A stretch of DNA of 37,671 nucleotides from a virus (lineage: Duplodnaviria > Caudoviricetes): positions 1 to 37,671 of the IMG/VR virus record IMGVR_UViG_3300046813_000011, one strand, 5' to 3'. The first letter of the stretch is position 1. Every line of letters starts with the position of its first letter. A model generated the notes under the pieces. That model did not search any database, was not told where the DNA came from, and saw only the letters and a list, made by a program, of their open reading frames with translations. The position numbers and the translations under genes are program-made. Positions 16,393 to 25,072 of this stretch are shown here, in pieces.

Positions 16393-16586
16393 AAATGGAT
16401 TTTAAAGATTATGGCTTACCGAAAGAAATTAAAAATATTAAAATAAATGATCGTGATAAATATTTGTTGACTGTATTTATTGTTTGCTGCATTCTTATCT
16501 GTTGGATGACTTGGGTAGTATCCACTCCAGATATTACAAAGCGTGGTAGCTGTGTCTACTACATGGCTTGTCTGATCGGGCTATGA
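16389..16586 (+). CDS. Small membrane protein
   Basis: LLTVFIVCCILICWMTWVV transmembrane segment. Confidence 0.55.
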   Translation: MKMDFKDYGLPKEIKNIKINDRDKYLLTVFIVCCILICWMTWVVSTPDITKRGSCVYYMACLIGL

Positions 16587-16662
16587 GCTATTTTCAGTAC
16601 ATCATAGATGCTGTAGTAGTGTTCTGGATTTTGAAAGGATTGTTGCATTGGCTGATGAACGG

Positions 16663-16899
16663 ATGATTAAAGGACCATCAGTAGACGATATTATCCGCAA
16701 GATAGTTCTAGCTCATGCCGATCAGGAAATATTTGGGCTAGCTCTGGTATTTGTAAATGAAAAGCTAGAGACTGAAATTGAAATGAGCTTTGGCAATGGT
16801 CAAGCTTATGCGATGAATACAGGAGTTGATTTACTTAAGAATGCAATACTGCATAGAATAATGACTGCTGGTCAAATACCGCCAAAGGAAAGAGAATGA
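16663..16899 (+). CDS. Hypothetical protein
   Basis: Start at MIKGPS (ATGA overlap). Confidence 0.6.
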   Translation: MIKGPSVDDIIRKIVLAHADQEIFGLALVFVNEKLETEIEMSFGNGQAYAMNTGVDLLKNAILHRIMTAGQIPPKERE

Positions 16900-16993
16900 T
16901 TAGACATCCTATAGGAGAATGGATGCTGGTAAGGTTTGAGCCTTACAATTCAAATACTCATTTGATAGCTAGGCTTTGGATAAGGGTGAAGTA

Positions 16994-17239
16994 ATGACTG
17001 AATTAGACCTATCGGGAGAAGGCAAAGCTTCAGATGCAGAAATAGATAATGCTGCTGCTATTATTTTTAATGAGCTAAGGATTTTTGATAGTCCTAAAGA
17101 TGCTGGTCTAGCTATTGCTGTAGCTCATCACAATTTTATAAAAGCTTCTTTCCCTCCTGAGTTTAAGAAAGACGCTATAGCTGCTTTAGAAAAGCATGTA
17201 GAGCTAATCAAAAAACTTATAGAGGAAGAATGGCAATGA
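16994..17239 (+). CDS. Hypothetical protein
   Basis: Start at MTELDL. Confidence 0.6.
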   Translation: MTELDLSGEGKASDAEIDNAAAIIFNELRIFDSPKDAGLAIAVAHHNFIKASFPPEFKKDAIAALEKHVELIKKLIEEEWQ

Positions 17240-17401
17240 TTATAGTCTTTTTACTTATCACAGCATTTCTAATTAGTCTGGATATTTATCTGAGATATGA
17301 GCCAGATTGATGTACTATGAGCATGTATGGTACATGGAAAAATTGATTGTAATGTGGATGTATGCCGCATTCATCATTGAGTTGAAATATTGGAATGAAA
17401 A

Positions 17402-17872
17402 ATGACTTGGGGTAATCCACCTAAATTAAAAATCCCTCGCAATACTCATAGAGTAGCTGTCACGCCAGAACGATTAGCTGGCGATAGTGAAAGTTCTCAA
17501 CAGAAAGCTTTGTTTGCATGGAGTGCATTGAATGTGGGTAAATATCCTAGCTTGGCTTATATGTTTGCTATTCCTAATGGTGGATTGCGTGATGTTAGGA
17601 CGGCTGCTAATTTAAAAGCTGAAGGTGTTAGAAGTGGTGTATGCGATATATTTCTGCCATGTCCTGTTCAAACTCAATGGGCACAGCAGTATGCTGGTTT
17701 GTTCATTGAAATGAAGCTAGAGAAATATCGTAATAGAAAAAATGGTGGATGTTCTGAAGAACAACTTGACTTTATTAATTTTACGGTTAGTATGGGTTAT
17801 TTTTGTAAAGTTTGTTATAATTGGGAAGAAGCAAGAGAAATAATAGTGAATTATTTGGAATATAGAGTTTGA
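17402..17872 (+). CDS. VRR-NUC nuclease (putative Holliday junction resolvase)
   Basis: FAIPNGG, LKAEGVRSGVCDI, GLFIEMK, SEEQ. Confidence 0.88.
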   Translation: MTWGNPPKLKIPRNTHRVAVTPERLAGDSESSQQKALFAWSALNVGKYPSLAYMFAIPNGGLRDVRTAANLKAEGVRSGVCDIFLPCPVQTQWAQQYAGLFIEMKLEKYRNRKNGGCSEEQLDFINFTVSMGYFCKVCYNWEEAREIIVNYLEYRV

Positions 17873-17927
17873 CTTAAGTAATTAATCCGTCTATAAGGGC
17901 TGTACTCTAACAAATGGAGTATGGCCT

Positions 17928-18098
17928 ATGTTTATGTCTGGTGTCATAAACTATCCTTCAGTAGAAGAAGCTAAGAAATCAGGTTTCACATTTACCAAAT
18001 ATGTTGTATTGGAGCAACATAAAGATGGTACAGCGTCTATCGTTCATCTTCAAGATATTCCTGTTCAAAAAGGTCAAATTGAATATAAAGGATATTAA
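17928..18098 (+). CDS. Hypothetical 56-aa cassette protein
   Basis: Own promoter and GGAG RBS; MFMSGVINYPSVEEAK... Confidence 0.6.
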   Translation: MFMSGVINYPSVEEAKKSGFTFTKYVVLEQHKDGTASIVHLQDIPVQKGQIEYKGY

Positions 18099-18172
18099 AA
18101 ATAATTAAAATAAACGGTTGACTAGCAATAGCCAACCGTTTATTGTATCTAAATCAACTGGAGGATAATCAA

Positions 18173-18349
18173 ATGTTCAACGTTGAATTTAAGCACAGCG
18201 AAACCAAGGCTTGGACGCAAAAGGCTACCTTTGAAAGCTCTCAGGAAGCAGAGAAGTTTGCTTATATTCAATCCTTGAACTACACCAATGCCTATCGGGT
18301 GGTGACTGATAATGGTTTTGTTACTGCTGAATATAAGTCAAAATTTTAA
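18173..18349 (+). CDS. Hypothetical cassette protein
   Basis: Own promoter and GGAGG RBS; start at MFNVEF. Confidence 0.7.
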   Translation: MFNVEFKHSETKAWTQKATFESSQEAEKFAYIQSLNYTNAYRVVTDNGFVTAEYKSKF

Positions 18350-18415
18350 AAATAGTTGTTGACTTAAGTTTTAAATCCGTCCATAACTAATCCATCAGCA
18401 AACAGGAGCTACCCA

Positions 18416-18736
18416 ATGACCAAGTTCACCAAAGAAGGCTTTAACTATCATGGCGGTTATGTCACCTATCAGGGTCGATTTGTGGCACGTTTCAAGTATG
18501 GTGCTGTTTCCAGTGCTCGCCCATTCATGACCTTCCTGATTAAGAATTATACTGTAGAGGAATATTTTGCTTTGAGGGAAACGCCAAATCCTGATAATTG
18601 CCTTGGCAATGTTTATGCCCCTCTGGAGATTGTTGAGCAGAAAGGCTTCATTCTTTCCCACATTAAGAAGTGGCTGAAGGAAGGTACGCTTAAGACTTGG
18701 AAAGGCCAAACTGCTGCTCAGCTTGGATTAATCTAA
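18416..18736 (+). CDS. Hypothetical cassette protein
   Basis: Own promoter and AGGAG RBS; FNYHGGYVTY..RFVARFKY. Confidence 0.75.
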   Translation: MTKFTKEGFNYHGGYVTYQGRFVARFKYGAVSSARPFMTFLIKNYTVEEYFALRETPNPDNCLGNVYAPLEIVEQKGFILSHIKKWLKEGTLKTWKGQTAAQLGLI

Positions 18737-18818
18737 AAATAATTAAAAATAGTTGTAGATGGCTGTTGACAATCAATTAGCAGCCGTCTACAACATGAAT
18801 ATCAAATAGGAGCTAAAC

Positions 18819-19496
18819 ATGGTATCAGATGCTCGAAAAAAGATGCTGGAGAAGGTCAAGGCCATTTTGGCTAAGACGATGGATAACGGCTGCACAGAAG
18901 AAGAAGCTATGGCTGCTCTTGCCAAGGCAAAAGAGCTTATGGCTACCTATGAGCTTACTGAGGCTGATATTGAAGCCTCTGAGCAGGAGCAGGCAATCTA
19001 TCACAAGACTGATATGCGTGATCCTTATGATATTAAGGAAAGGCTTTATACGGCTGTTGGCAATTTCACTCGCTGCAAAGGCGTGAATGGGCGAAAAAAG
19101 AATTATGGCATCAGCTTTGCTGGTTTGGAAAGCGATGTTATCTTTGCAACTTGGCTGCTGGATACCCTCCAGAGGTTCATTATGCGAGCACTGAGGGATT
19201 TTCAGAAGGAACGGGCTGTAAAGCGTATTCCTAACTCTAACTACACTTCAGCAAGCTTTGTTGTGGGTTGCCAAGAGCGAATTAAAGAAAAGCTTGAAGC
19301 TTTGACCATGAAAATGCCTGCTAAAAATCAGGAGATTATTGCTGCTGTTTTGGCTCAAAATGGCGTGGTATTGCGTAAATATAACGTCAGAGGCATTGAA
19401 ATTGATCGTAATGCCTATGGTAAAGGTCATGCTGCTGGTAATTCAGCTAGGTTTGATCGGCCTGTTGAGCAAGGTGGAATAAAAAGACTAAAATAA
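18819..19496 (+). CDS. DUF2786-domain protein
   Basis: KMLEKVKAILAK...TEEEAMAALAKAKELMATY; C-terminal SF..G and AY.KG..AG. Confidence 0.8.
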   Translation: MVSDARKKMLEKVKAILAKTMDNGCTEEEAMAALAKAKELMATYELTEADIEASEQEQAIYHKTDMRDPYDIKERLYTAVGNFTRCKGVNGRKKNYGISFAGLESDVIFATWLLDTLQRFIMRALRDFQKERAVKRIPNSNYTSASFVVGCQERIKEKLEALTMKMPAKNQEIIAAVLAQNGVVLRKYNVRGIEIDRNAYGKGHAAGNSARFDRPVEQGGIKRLK

Positions 19497-19564
19497 ATTA
19501 AAATAACTCTTGCAATCTAATTTTGAACCGTGTAGAAGTAGGTTATCAACAAGGGAGCTACCAA

Positions 19565-19783
19565 ATGACCTACTTCTGCACCACTCACAAGGATGAAGAT
19601 TTGAATGCTCTGGTTGGTGAAAAGCTGGATGGTTGCACTAATCATATGGTTAGGGACGGTTTCTATGATATTGAGCAGTATCAGAAGGCTCCCCGTCCTA
19701 ACCATGTAGTATGGGTAATGGCTAAGGATGCAACAGCCAAGTTTGGCTATCGGTTCGATCATTTGTATGGAATACCAAAATAA
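19565..19783 (+). CDS. Hypothetical cassette protein
   Basis: Own promoter and GGAG RBS; start at MTYFC. Confidence 0.7.
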   Translation: MTYFCTTHKDEDLNALVGEKLDGCTNHMVRDGFYDIEQYQKAPRPNHVVWVMAKDATAKFGYRFDHLYGIPK

Positions 19784-19842
19784 GCGTTGACTTTAATAAT
19801 TAAACCGTCCATAACAATCCTACCAACCAATGGAGAGACAAA

Positions 19843-20055
19843 ATGTTTGAGGTTCGATTTGCAAACGGTGTCACAGCTAAGGTTAATGGCTGCAAGGTTC
19901 AAGATGAAAGTTTTGATCGTGCTAAGGCTAAGGCTCAGACATTGCATAATTGCTCAGCAATGGATCACCATTTTGAAGTGTGGGAAGTTAAGCAAGTCTG
20001 GACTACCCAAACTTTGAATGAAGCTATTTTGAAAAAAATTAAAAATAGTGGTTGA
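19843..20055 (+). CDS. Hypothetical cassette protein
   Basis: Own promoter and GGAG RBS. Confidence 0.7.
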   Translation: MFEVRFANGVTAKVNGCKVQDESFDRAKAKAQTLHNCSAMDHHFEVWEVKQVWTTQTLNEAILKKIKNSG

Positions 20056-20106
20056 CTTAACAAATCAACCCCTTTATAACGAATGTATCAACTGGAGGAA
20101 TGAGAA

Positions 20107-20337
20107 ATGGCTAAGACCTTACACTTCCACTTTTATGATGCTGGTGCTTTCAATGATGCTCCTATGCAGCGATATGTAATGTGTAATTTTTTCTCAGTTA
20201 TCAATGGTCGTATGCACGTTGGTTCTTCCCAATTGGTGAAGGCTCAAGAATGGAATGTTTATCGTTCCCACATTGAAAACAATGGTTGGACTAATCGTAA
20301 ACCTTTTTACGGAATTGAAGAATACCTGTTGACTTAA
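20107..20337 (+). CDS. Hypothetical cassette protein
   Basis: Own promoter and GGAGG RBS. Confidence 0.7.
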   Translation: MAKTLHFHFYDAGAFNDAPMQRYVMCNFFSVINGRMHVGSSQLVKAQEWNVYRSHIENNGWTNRKPFYGIEEYLLT

Positions 20338-20402
20338 ACTTTCAATCCGTCCATAACATCATAGTGCAATCCGCACAGAACTGCAAATAAGGAAATACCA
20401 AA

Positions 20403-21224
20403 ATGGCTATCAAGGACATTGCTTCTGGTCGAACCGACATTTACAAGGTTGATCCTGCTGTTATCCAGATTAAAGAGGGCTGGAATAGCCGGGATGCTTC
20501 TGATCCGGCTAACGCAACTCATGTTGCGGAACTCATGAACTCAATTCGTGAGATTGGAGTTAAGAAGCCTCTGGTTTGCTACATGGAAGATAACGTTGTT
20601 TATGTGACTGATGGTCATTGCCGGTTGCAGGCTGTGAAGCATCTGCTGGAGCAGGGAGTAGAGATTAAGACTGTTCCGGTTATGGTAGAGGATCGTCACA
20701 GCAATGAAGCTGATCGCATTTTCAGCCAGATTGTTCACAATAGCGGTAAGCAGCTAACCTCTCTAGAGCAGGCAAAAGTATTTAAGCGTCTGTGTGACCT
20801 TGGATGGGCGCAGAAGGACATTGCTGTTAAGGCTGGTATCTCTGGCGGTCGCGTTAGCCAGTTGCTCGAATTGCTGATCCTGCCTGCTATCCTTCAGAAG
20901 TACATTGTTGAAGGCAAGGCTTCTGCAACAATGGTTCTTAATACCTACAAAAAGCATAACCATAATGTTGATGCAACGATTGTTGAGCTTTCCGGTGCGG
21001 TTCAAGTTGCTGAGAAGCAAGGTCGCAAGCGGGCAATGCCAAAGGATACGGAAGGTGGCGGAAAGGAAAAGTCTGAAGGTGGCAAGCAATCCCTGAAGAA
21101 TTACCTGAAGGAACTGATTGCTACTGCCTACGCTGATGAGCGTATTGACGATACCGAAAACATGGTCACTATGACCCTGACTGAAGGTGATTGGGCTGAG
21201 TTCATGGAGAAAATTGATTACTGA
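20403..21224 (+). CDS. ParB/Srx N-terminal domain protein with HTH
   Basis: LMNSIREIGVKKPL, VTDGHCRLQA, LTSLEQA, GWAQKDIAVKAGISGGRVSQ. Confidence 0.85.
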   Translation: MAIKDIASGRTDIYKVDPAVIQIKEGWNSRDASDPANATHVAELMNSIREIGVKKPLVCYMEDNVVYVTDGHCRLQAVKHLLEQGVEIKTVPVMVEDRHSNEADRIFSQIVHNSGKQLTSLEQAKVFKRLCDLGWAQKDIAVKAGISGGRVSQLLELLILPAILQKYIVEGKASATMVLNTYKKHNHNVDATIVELSGAVQVAEKQGRKRAMPKDTEGGGKEKSEGGKQSLKNYLKELIATAYADERIDDTENMVTMTLTEGDWAEFMEKIDY

Positions 21225-21236
21225 TAGTATCGCGTA

Positions 21237-21266
21237 GGGGAGGGTTGATAGCCCTCCCCATTAATT
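21237..21266 (+). terminator. Intrinsic terminator-like hairpin
   Basis: GGGGAGGG/CCCTCCCC followed by an AT-rich tail. Confidence 0.6.
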
Positions 21267-21285
21267 CTTAATGGAGGAATGATCT

Positions 21286-21504
21286 ATGAAACGACGATTG
21301 GAGCATGTGCAATATGCTATAGCTGAAGCTGAAAGGCTTGGAGCTAAGATTGAGCTAACAATGAGAAGCAAGCATATCTGCGGTATCATTAGTCTCAATG
21401 GTCAACAGCGAAAAATCTTTCTGTCTGTATCGCCTAGTGATCATAGAATATTAATGAATGTGCAGCAGGATGTTAGAAACAAGGTGAAGGAAATGCGAGG
21501 ATGA
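21286..21504 (+). CDS. HicA-like small protein
   Basis: A..LG...RSKH...SPSD.R..MN pattern; GGAGG RBS. Confidence 0.55.
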   Translation: MKRRLEHVQYAIAEAERLGAKIELTMRSKHICGIISLNGQQRKIFLSVSPSDHRILMNVQQDVRNKVKEMRG

Positions 21505-21756
21505 TTTATCTTCAGGAAGGCGTCAAGGGAGTTGCAATCTTTACCAGTGTGGGTATCATCTATGCTGTTTTAAAGATTTTATTTGGATGACACTGAAGGA
21601 ACGATTGGATGCAGTATGGGAAGAAAAGGGAATAGTTTTCCCATGCCATCTTGTAAGATGGAGTGAAAAGAATATTGGATATTATAAATTTGCTAATAAA
21701 ATTAAACTTTTATTTTACACAAAGGGGAAACGATTAAATCCTAAAAGGAAATCAAA

Positions 21757-21933
21757 ATGAGATACTTTGTATGGCTTCCCGGCTTGCGTGGTCCTGAAGC
21801 TCAATTTTGGGATGAACCTGATAAAACTGCTGATGGAAAGCCAATTAAAACTTTAACTAAACCTATAGCGGTTCCTGATCATATTAACTTGTCTAGTTAT
21901 GCTGCTGAAAATCCTTTACCATATGATGGCTAA
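21757..21933 (+). CDS. Hypothetical 58-aa protein
   Basis: AAGGA RBS; MRYFVWLPGLRGPEAQFW... Confidence 0.55.
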   Translation: MRYFVWLPGLRGPEAQFWDEPDKTADGKPIKTLTKPIAVPDHINLSSYAAENPLPYDG

Positions 21934-21936
21934 ATC

Positions 21937-22146
21937 ATGACACGTCGCCATACAGTAGACTACTATATGGATAATTATGTGCCAATAGAATTTTGCAAGA
22001 TTTGTTCTGCTGAAGGCGATAGATTGCTAGAAGAATGTCAAGGTCCGATTGCTTCGCCAGTGCTTTATTTCAGGAACTTGACTAGAGAAGAATTTGAGGC
22101 TCAATACAAAAAGGCTCTTGACCAATCGAACCAGACTGCTAAATAA
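21937..22146 (+). CDS. Hypothetical protein
   Basis: H...CKIC..E...C motif. Confidence 0.6.
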   Translation: MTRRHTVDYYMDNYVPIEFCKICSAEGDRLLEECQGPIASPVLYFRNLTREEFEAQYKKALDQSNQTAK

Positions 22147-22200
22147 GAGTTATTGAATTGAGGGGAATGGTTCCCCATAAATCATAAAAAGGAATTTACA

Positions 22201-22899
22201 ATGGCTAAGGCTGCTACGGTACAGAGTTCTGGAATTGATAAGGATTTGCTCCAGCAGATTGTTACTGCTTCTGCTACTCCTGAAGGCTTCGTCTATGTGT
22301 CTCAGACACAAGGTCAACCGATGTTGGCTAACAATCCTCCGCTGATTGTTGTCAATACTGGCTTGGTTGATCCTAATGATGGCACCAAATGTGCAGCGCG
22401 GGCTACTGATGCTGCTGCGGCGTATCTGGCTGCTCAGGGAGCTTCTAGCTCAACGTCTACCAGCGAGGCTGCTAAGCCTGTCTATGAGATTATCACTAAT
22501 GCCGTGCTTCCTCCCGCTAAGAAGCGTGGTAATACTTCTGGTAGTGGTGCGCCTACCAAGTATCCTTTCGACAAGCTGGAGCTTAATCAAACCTTCTTCA
22601 GTGCCAATACGGAACATAAGAAGGGCGATGCTGTGAAGGCTTTGGGTAGCACTGTGTCTGCTCAGAATGATAAGTACAGTGAACCTACTGGAGAAATGAA
22701 AACCGTAACTCGCGCGGTACGCGATAAGGCTACCAAAAAGGCTCAAGTTGGACCTGATGGTAAGAAGGTTACTGAGACTGTAGAGCTTCCTGTTAAGAAG
22801 TATCTCCGCAAGTTTACTATCCGTCCAGTTGAAGGTGGTAAGAACTATGGAGCTTGGCAGGCTCCCGCTGATGGGGCATTGATTGCTCGCATTATTTAA
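22201..22899 (+). CDS. Putative DNA-binding protein (KYPF..L family) with N-terminal extension
   Basis: LPPAKKRG...KYPFDKLELNQTFF...KFTIR...GALIAR. Confidence 0.7.
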   Translation: MAKAATVQSSGIDKDLLQQIVTASATPEGFVYVSQTQGQPMLANNPPLIVVNTGLVDPNDGTKCAARATDAAAAYLAAQGASSSTSTSEAAKPVYEIITNAVLPPAKKRGNTSGSGAPTKYPFDKLELNQTFFSANTEHKKGDAVKALGSTVSAQNDKYSEPTGEMKTVTRAVRDKATKKAQVGPDGKKVTETVELPVKKYLRKFTIRPVEGGKNYGAWQAPADGALIARII

Positions 22900-22905
22900 A
22901 CTAAA

Positions 22906-22940
22906 ACAGGGTTTGACTTTCGGGTGAAACCCTGTACTAT
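22906..22940 (+). terminator. Hairpin overlapping a promoter
   Basis: ACAGGGTTT...TTCG...AAACCCTGT, containing TTGACT-16-TACTAT. Confidence 0.55.
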
Positions 22941-22969
22941 CTTGATATTGAGCATCACCATAGAATATT

Positions 22970-23016
22970 AAGGGGCTGGTCGTTTTACCTCTCAAGGGAC
23001 CGCCAGCCCCTTTTTT
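22970..23016 (+). terminator. Intrinsic terminator
   Basis: AAGGGGCTGG/CCAGCCCCTT followed by a T tract. Confidence 0.7.
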
Positions 23017-23039
23017 AATAATTAAATTGGAAATGTAAA

Positions 23040-23282
23040 ATGGTTCAATATAGGCGTGGTGCTGAAAATATCCCCTTACAGCACGTCAACAAAGAAATGC
23101 CAATCCTAGTCATTGTATACAATCTCCTAGATAATGACGCTGTAGTTGAAGAAAAACGAATTAACTATGGTGATGCAGAGGAAAGGAAATGGTTAGGACG
23201 AATTAGCTTTTGGGCATTTCAAAATCATTGTAGCGTTGAGACTATAGCAATAGTAGATGCTGAAGCGGAAATAGGAAAATGA
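23040..23282 (+). CDS. Hypothetical protein
   Basis: ORF track. Confidence 0.6.
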   Translation: MVQYRRGAENIPLQHVNKEMPILVIVYNLLDNDAVVEEKRINYGDAEERKWLGRISFWAFQNHCSVETIAIVDAEAEIGK

Positions 23283-23285
23283 AAA

Positions 23286-23495
23286 ATGGCTACACATTAT
23301 CATAAATTTGAGAAATCATCGTTTCTATCTAATTGCTCTTATGATAGCGACAAGCAAGAGCTTACTGTAGTTTTTCATACTGGTAAGTCTTATACCTATA
23401 AAGAAGTATCCATTAATACTTATAATGATTTGGCTGATGCTAAGTCTGCTGGAATTTATTTCTCTCAGATCAAAGATAGTTTGAAATCAAAATGA
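23286..23495 (+). CDS. KTSC domain protein
   Basis: SSFL...SYD...LTVVF..G.SY.Y..V...Y..L..A.SAG.YF..IK. Confidence 0.85.
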   Translation: MATHYHKFEKSSFLSNCSYDSDKQELTVVFHTGKSYTYKEVSINTYNDLADAKSAGIYFSQIKDSLKSK

Positions 23496-23613
23496 ACAAT
23501 GAAAAAGTAATCTGCCAGCATTGCGGTAGAAACTTAACTGAATATTTTAAACAAACTGGTGATTGGCGTTGCTTTTATTGTGTTAAAGAATGGCATAGAT
23601 GGATTAAATCCAA

Positions 23614-23826
23614 ATGAATAATGATGATACGGTAAAGCTGGTCACTACCAAGCCTGACACTGAGCTAGCCAAGGAATTAAAGGCTGAGCTAACTAAAGCT
23701 GCTGAGCCTTGGCTAGAAGCCTGTACCAAAGCTAACAAGGCTGGCTTTGCGATACAGTCTAGTTTTGCTCCTGATTATTTAGGACGCTATGTAATTCAAC
23801 AATTACAGTTAATTAAAATATATTAG
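23614..23826 (+). CDS. Hypothetical protein
   Basis: ORF track. Confidence 0.6.
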   Translation: MNNDDTVKLVTTKPDTELAKELKAELTKAAEPWLEACTKANKAGFAIQSSFAPDYLGRYVIQQLQLIKIY

Positions 23827-23910
23827 CGGGCATGATGGAATTGGTAGACATGCAAGACTTAAAATCTTGTGCTTAATTGCGTATGGGTTCAAGTCCCTTT
23901 GCCCGCACCA
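23826..23910 (+). tRNA. tRNA-Leu(UAA)
   Basis: GCGGGCA/TGCCCGC acceptor plus ACCA; GGAATTGGTAGAC D loop; CAAGA-CTTAAAA-TCTTG anticodon arm; long variable arm; GGTTCAAGTCC. Confidence 0.95.
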
Positions 23911-23984
23911 AAAAAACTTTAAGGAACCTTTGTTCCCTTGCCACGTTCTCGCCTATCTTCCCTCTGTCATGAAAGGCTGCTACA

Positions 23985-24545
23985 ATGGCGAAAGCTGCAA
24001 CAAAGCCAGTTTGGAATGATGATTTGACATCTGATAACAAGGCTAAGGAATGGGCTGATTATCATGCTGCTAAAGGCGATGCAGCAAAGCCAGTTAAGAA
24101 AGAATTTAAGATAATTGACAACGCATATCATGCTTCTGCCAAGCCTGAAGATGATACAACCAAGGATAGCTATCTATATCCCTTCGCTGATCTTAACGTA
24201 GGACAAGGATTATTTATACCGTTAGAGAGTAATAATACGATTGATAAGCTTATGACAGCTATTCATAGGCAAGTTGACTTGTTCCGCAATCAATATTCAG
24301 AAATAGAAAGGAATGAGGAAGGGGATCAGATTTACGAAAATGTTACCATTAGAGCTAGGAAGCGTAAACCAGATGGTTCATTTGAATTAGATGGCGAGGG
24401 TGTACCTAAGTTAACTGCTAGCTCTGTATTGCGTCCTAAGCTCATTGGGCCTATGTTTAGAATAAGAGCTATCAAAAAAGACGACGAATTTGCAAAGGGC
24501 ACGAAGTCTGATAGCGATGGAGTGCTTGTAATCCGTTTGGATTGA
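23985..24545 (+). CDS. Putative DNA-binding protein (YPF..L.VG family), paralog of 22201..22899
   Basis: MAKAAT start; YPFADLNVGQGLFIP; FRIR...DGVLVIR. Confidence 0.7.
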   Translation: MAKAATKPVWNDDLTSDNKAKEWADYHAAKGDAAKPVKKEFKIIDNAYHASAKPEDDTTKDSYLYPFADLNVGQGLFIPLESNNTIDKLMTAIHRQVDLFRNQYSEIERNEEGDQIYENVTIRARKRKPDGSFELDGEGVPKLTASSVLRPKLIGPMFRIRAIKKDDEFAKGTKSDSDGVLVIRLD

Positions 24546-24549
24546 GATT

Positions 24550-24894
24550 ATGCACATTCACATTCACCACCACTATGACGATCACAAATGGGAGATTTTG
24601 ATGGGTATTCTTGATGACCTTCAGGCTAAAGCTAAGGCAACGCTGGATAAAGTGACTAGTGATACCGATATTGACAATGCTGTTGCTAAGGTTGTGAATG
24701 ATCAGGTTGCTACTATTACTGATCTGAAGGCTCAACTAGCTGCGGCTATTGCTGCGGGTAATGATCCTGTCAAGCTTCAGGCTCTTAGTGACACTATGGA
24801 TGCTATCCTAGCTGCGGATACCTCCAATGCTGCTATTGTGTCTGCTGCTGTGACTGCTGGCACTCCTGCTGCTACTCCTGCTCCTACTACTTGA
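24550..24894 (+). CDS. Ala-rich coiled-coil protein with His-rich leader and an internal second start
   Basis: MHIHIHHHY...; internal GGAG RBS before ATG 24601. Confidence 0.7.
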   Translation: MHIHIHHHYDDHKWEILMGILDDLQAKAKATLDKVTSDTDIDNAVAKVVNDQVATITDLKAQLAAAIAAGNDPVKLQALSDTMDAILAADTSNAAIVSAAVTAGTPAATPAPTT

Positions 24895-24915
24895 CAGGAA
24901 CTAAAACTTTAATTA

Positions 24916-25027
24916 GGAGTTGGGCCATAGTCGGTTTGACGGATGTAATCAAACCTGATCACTATTGGTCCTGATCCCAATTGGTAAAGCACAGGGTAAA
25001 AAGCAGCCTTCACACGGCTGCTTTTTT
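24916..25027 (+). ncRNA. Putative structured RNA ending in a terminator
   Basis: Long imperfect hairpin 24916-24977; AAAAAGCAGCC/GGCTGCTTTTTT terminator. Confidence 0.45.
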
Positions 25028-25072
25028 CTGTTCTGTTGGGGAGTGCTTTAGGCAGTTAGAGCACAACGCGGG

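Larger units (their letters stand above)
17869..20357 (+). repeat. Array of eight related promoters, each heading a single gene
   Basis: -35 boxes at 17869, 18118, 18359, 18766, 19510, 19787, 20052, 20329; all have 17-nt spacers, most ending CCGT(C/T/G); most have A-rich upstream elements. Confidence 0.85.

Noticed and set aside
17869-20357. CRISPR array suggested by the recurring ~29-bp motif
   Set aside because: The repeats are degenerate, have -35/-10 geometry, and are separated by whole genes rather than uniform spacers. The Cas4-like gene sits in a recombination module with no other cas genes.
11954-20357. CtrA boxes in the TTAA-rich promoter spacers
   Set aside because: The spacing does not match TTAA-N7-TTAA in the copies I checked.
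24988-25008. SRP RNA (CAGG...AGCAG) or c-di-GMP riboswitch resemblance
   Set aside because: There is no room for the GNRA-capped helix and no GACGCAAAG-like motif; AGCAGCC is simply the terminator's 5' arm.
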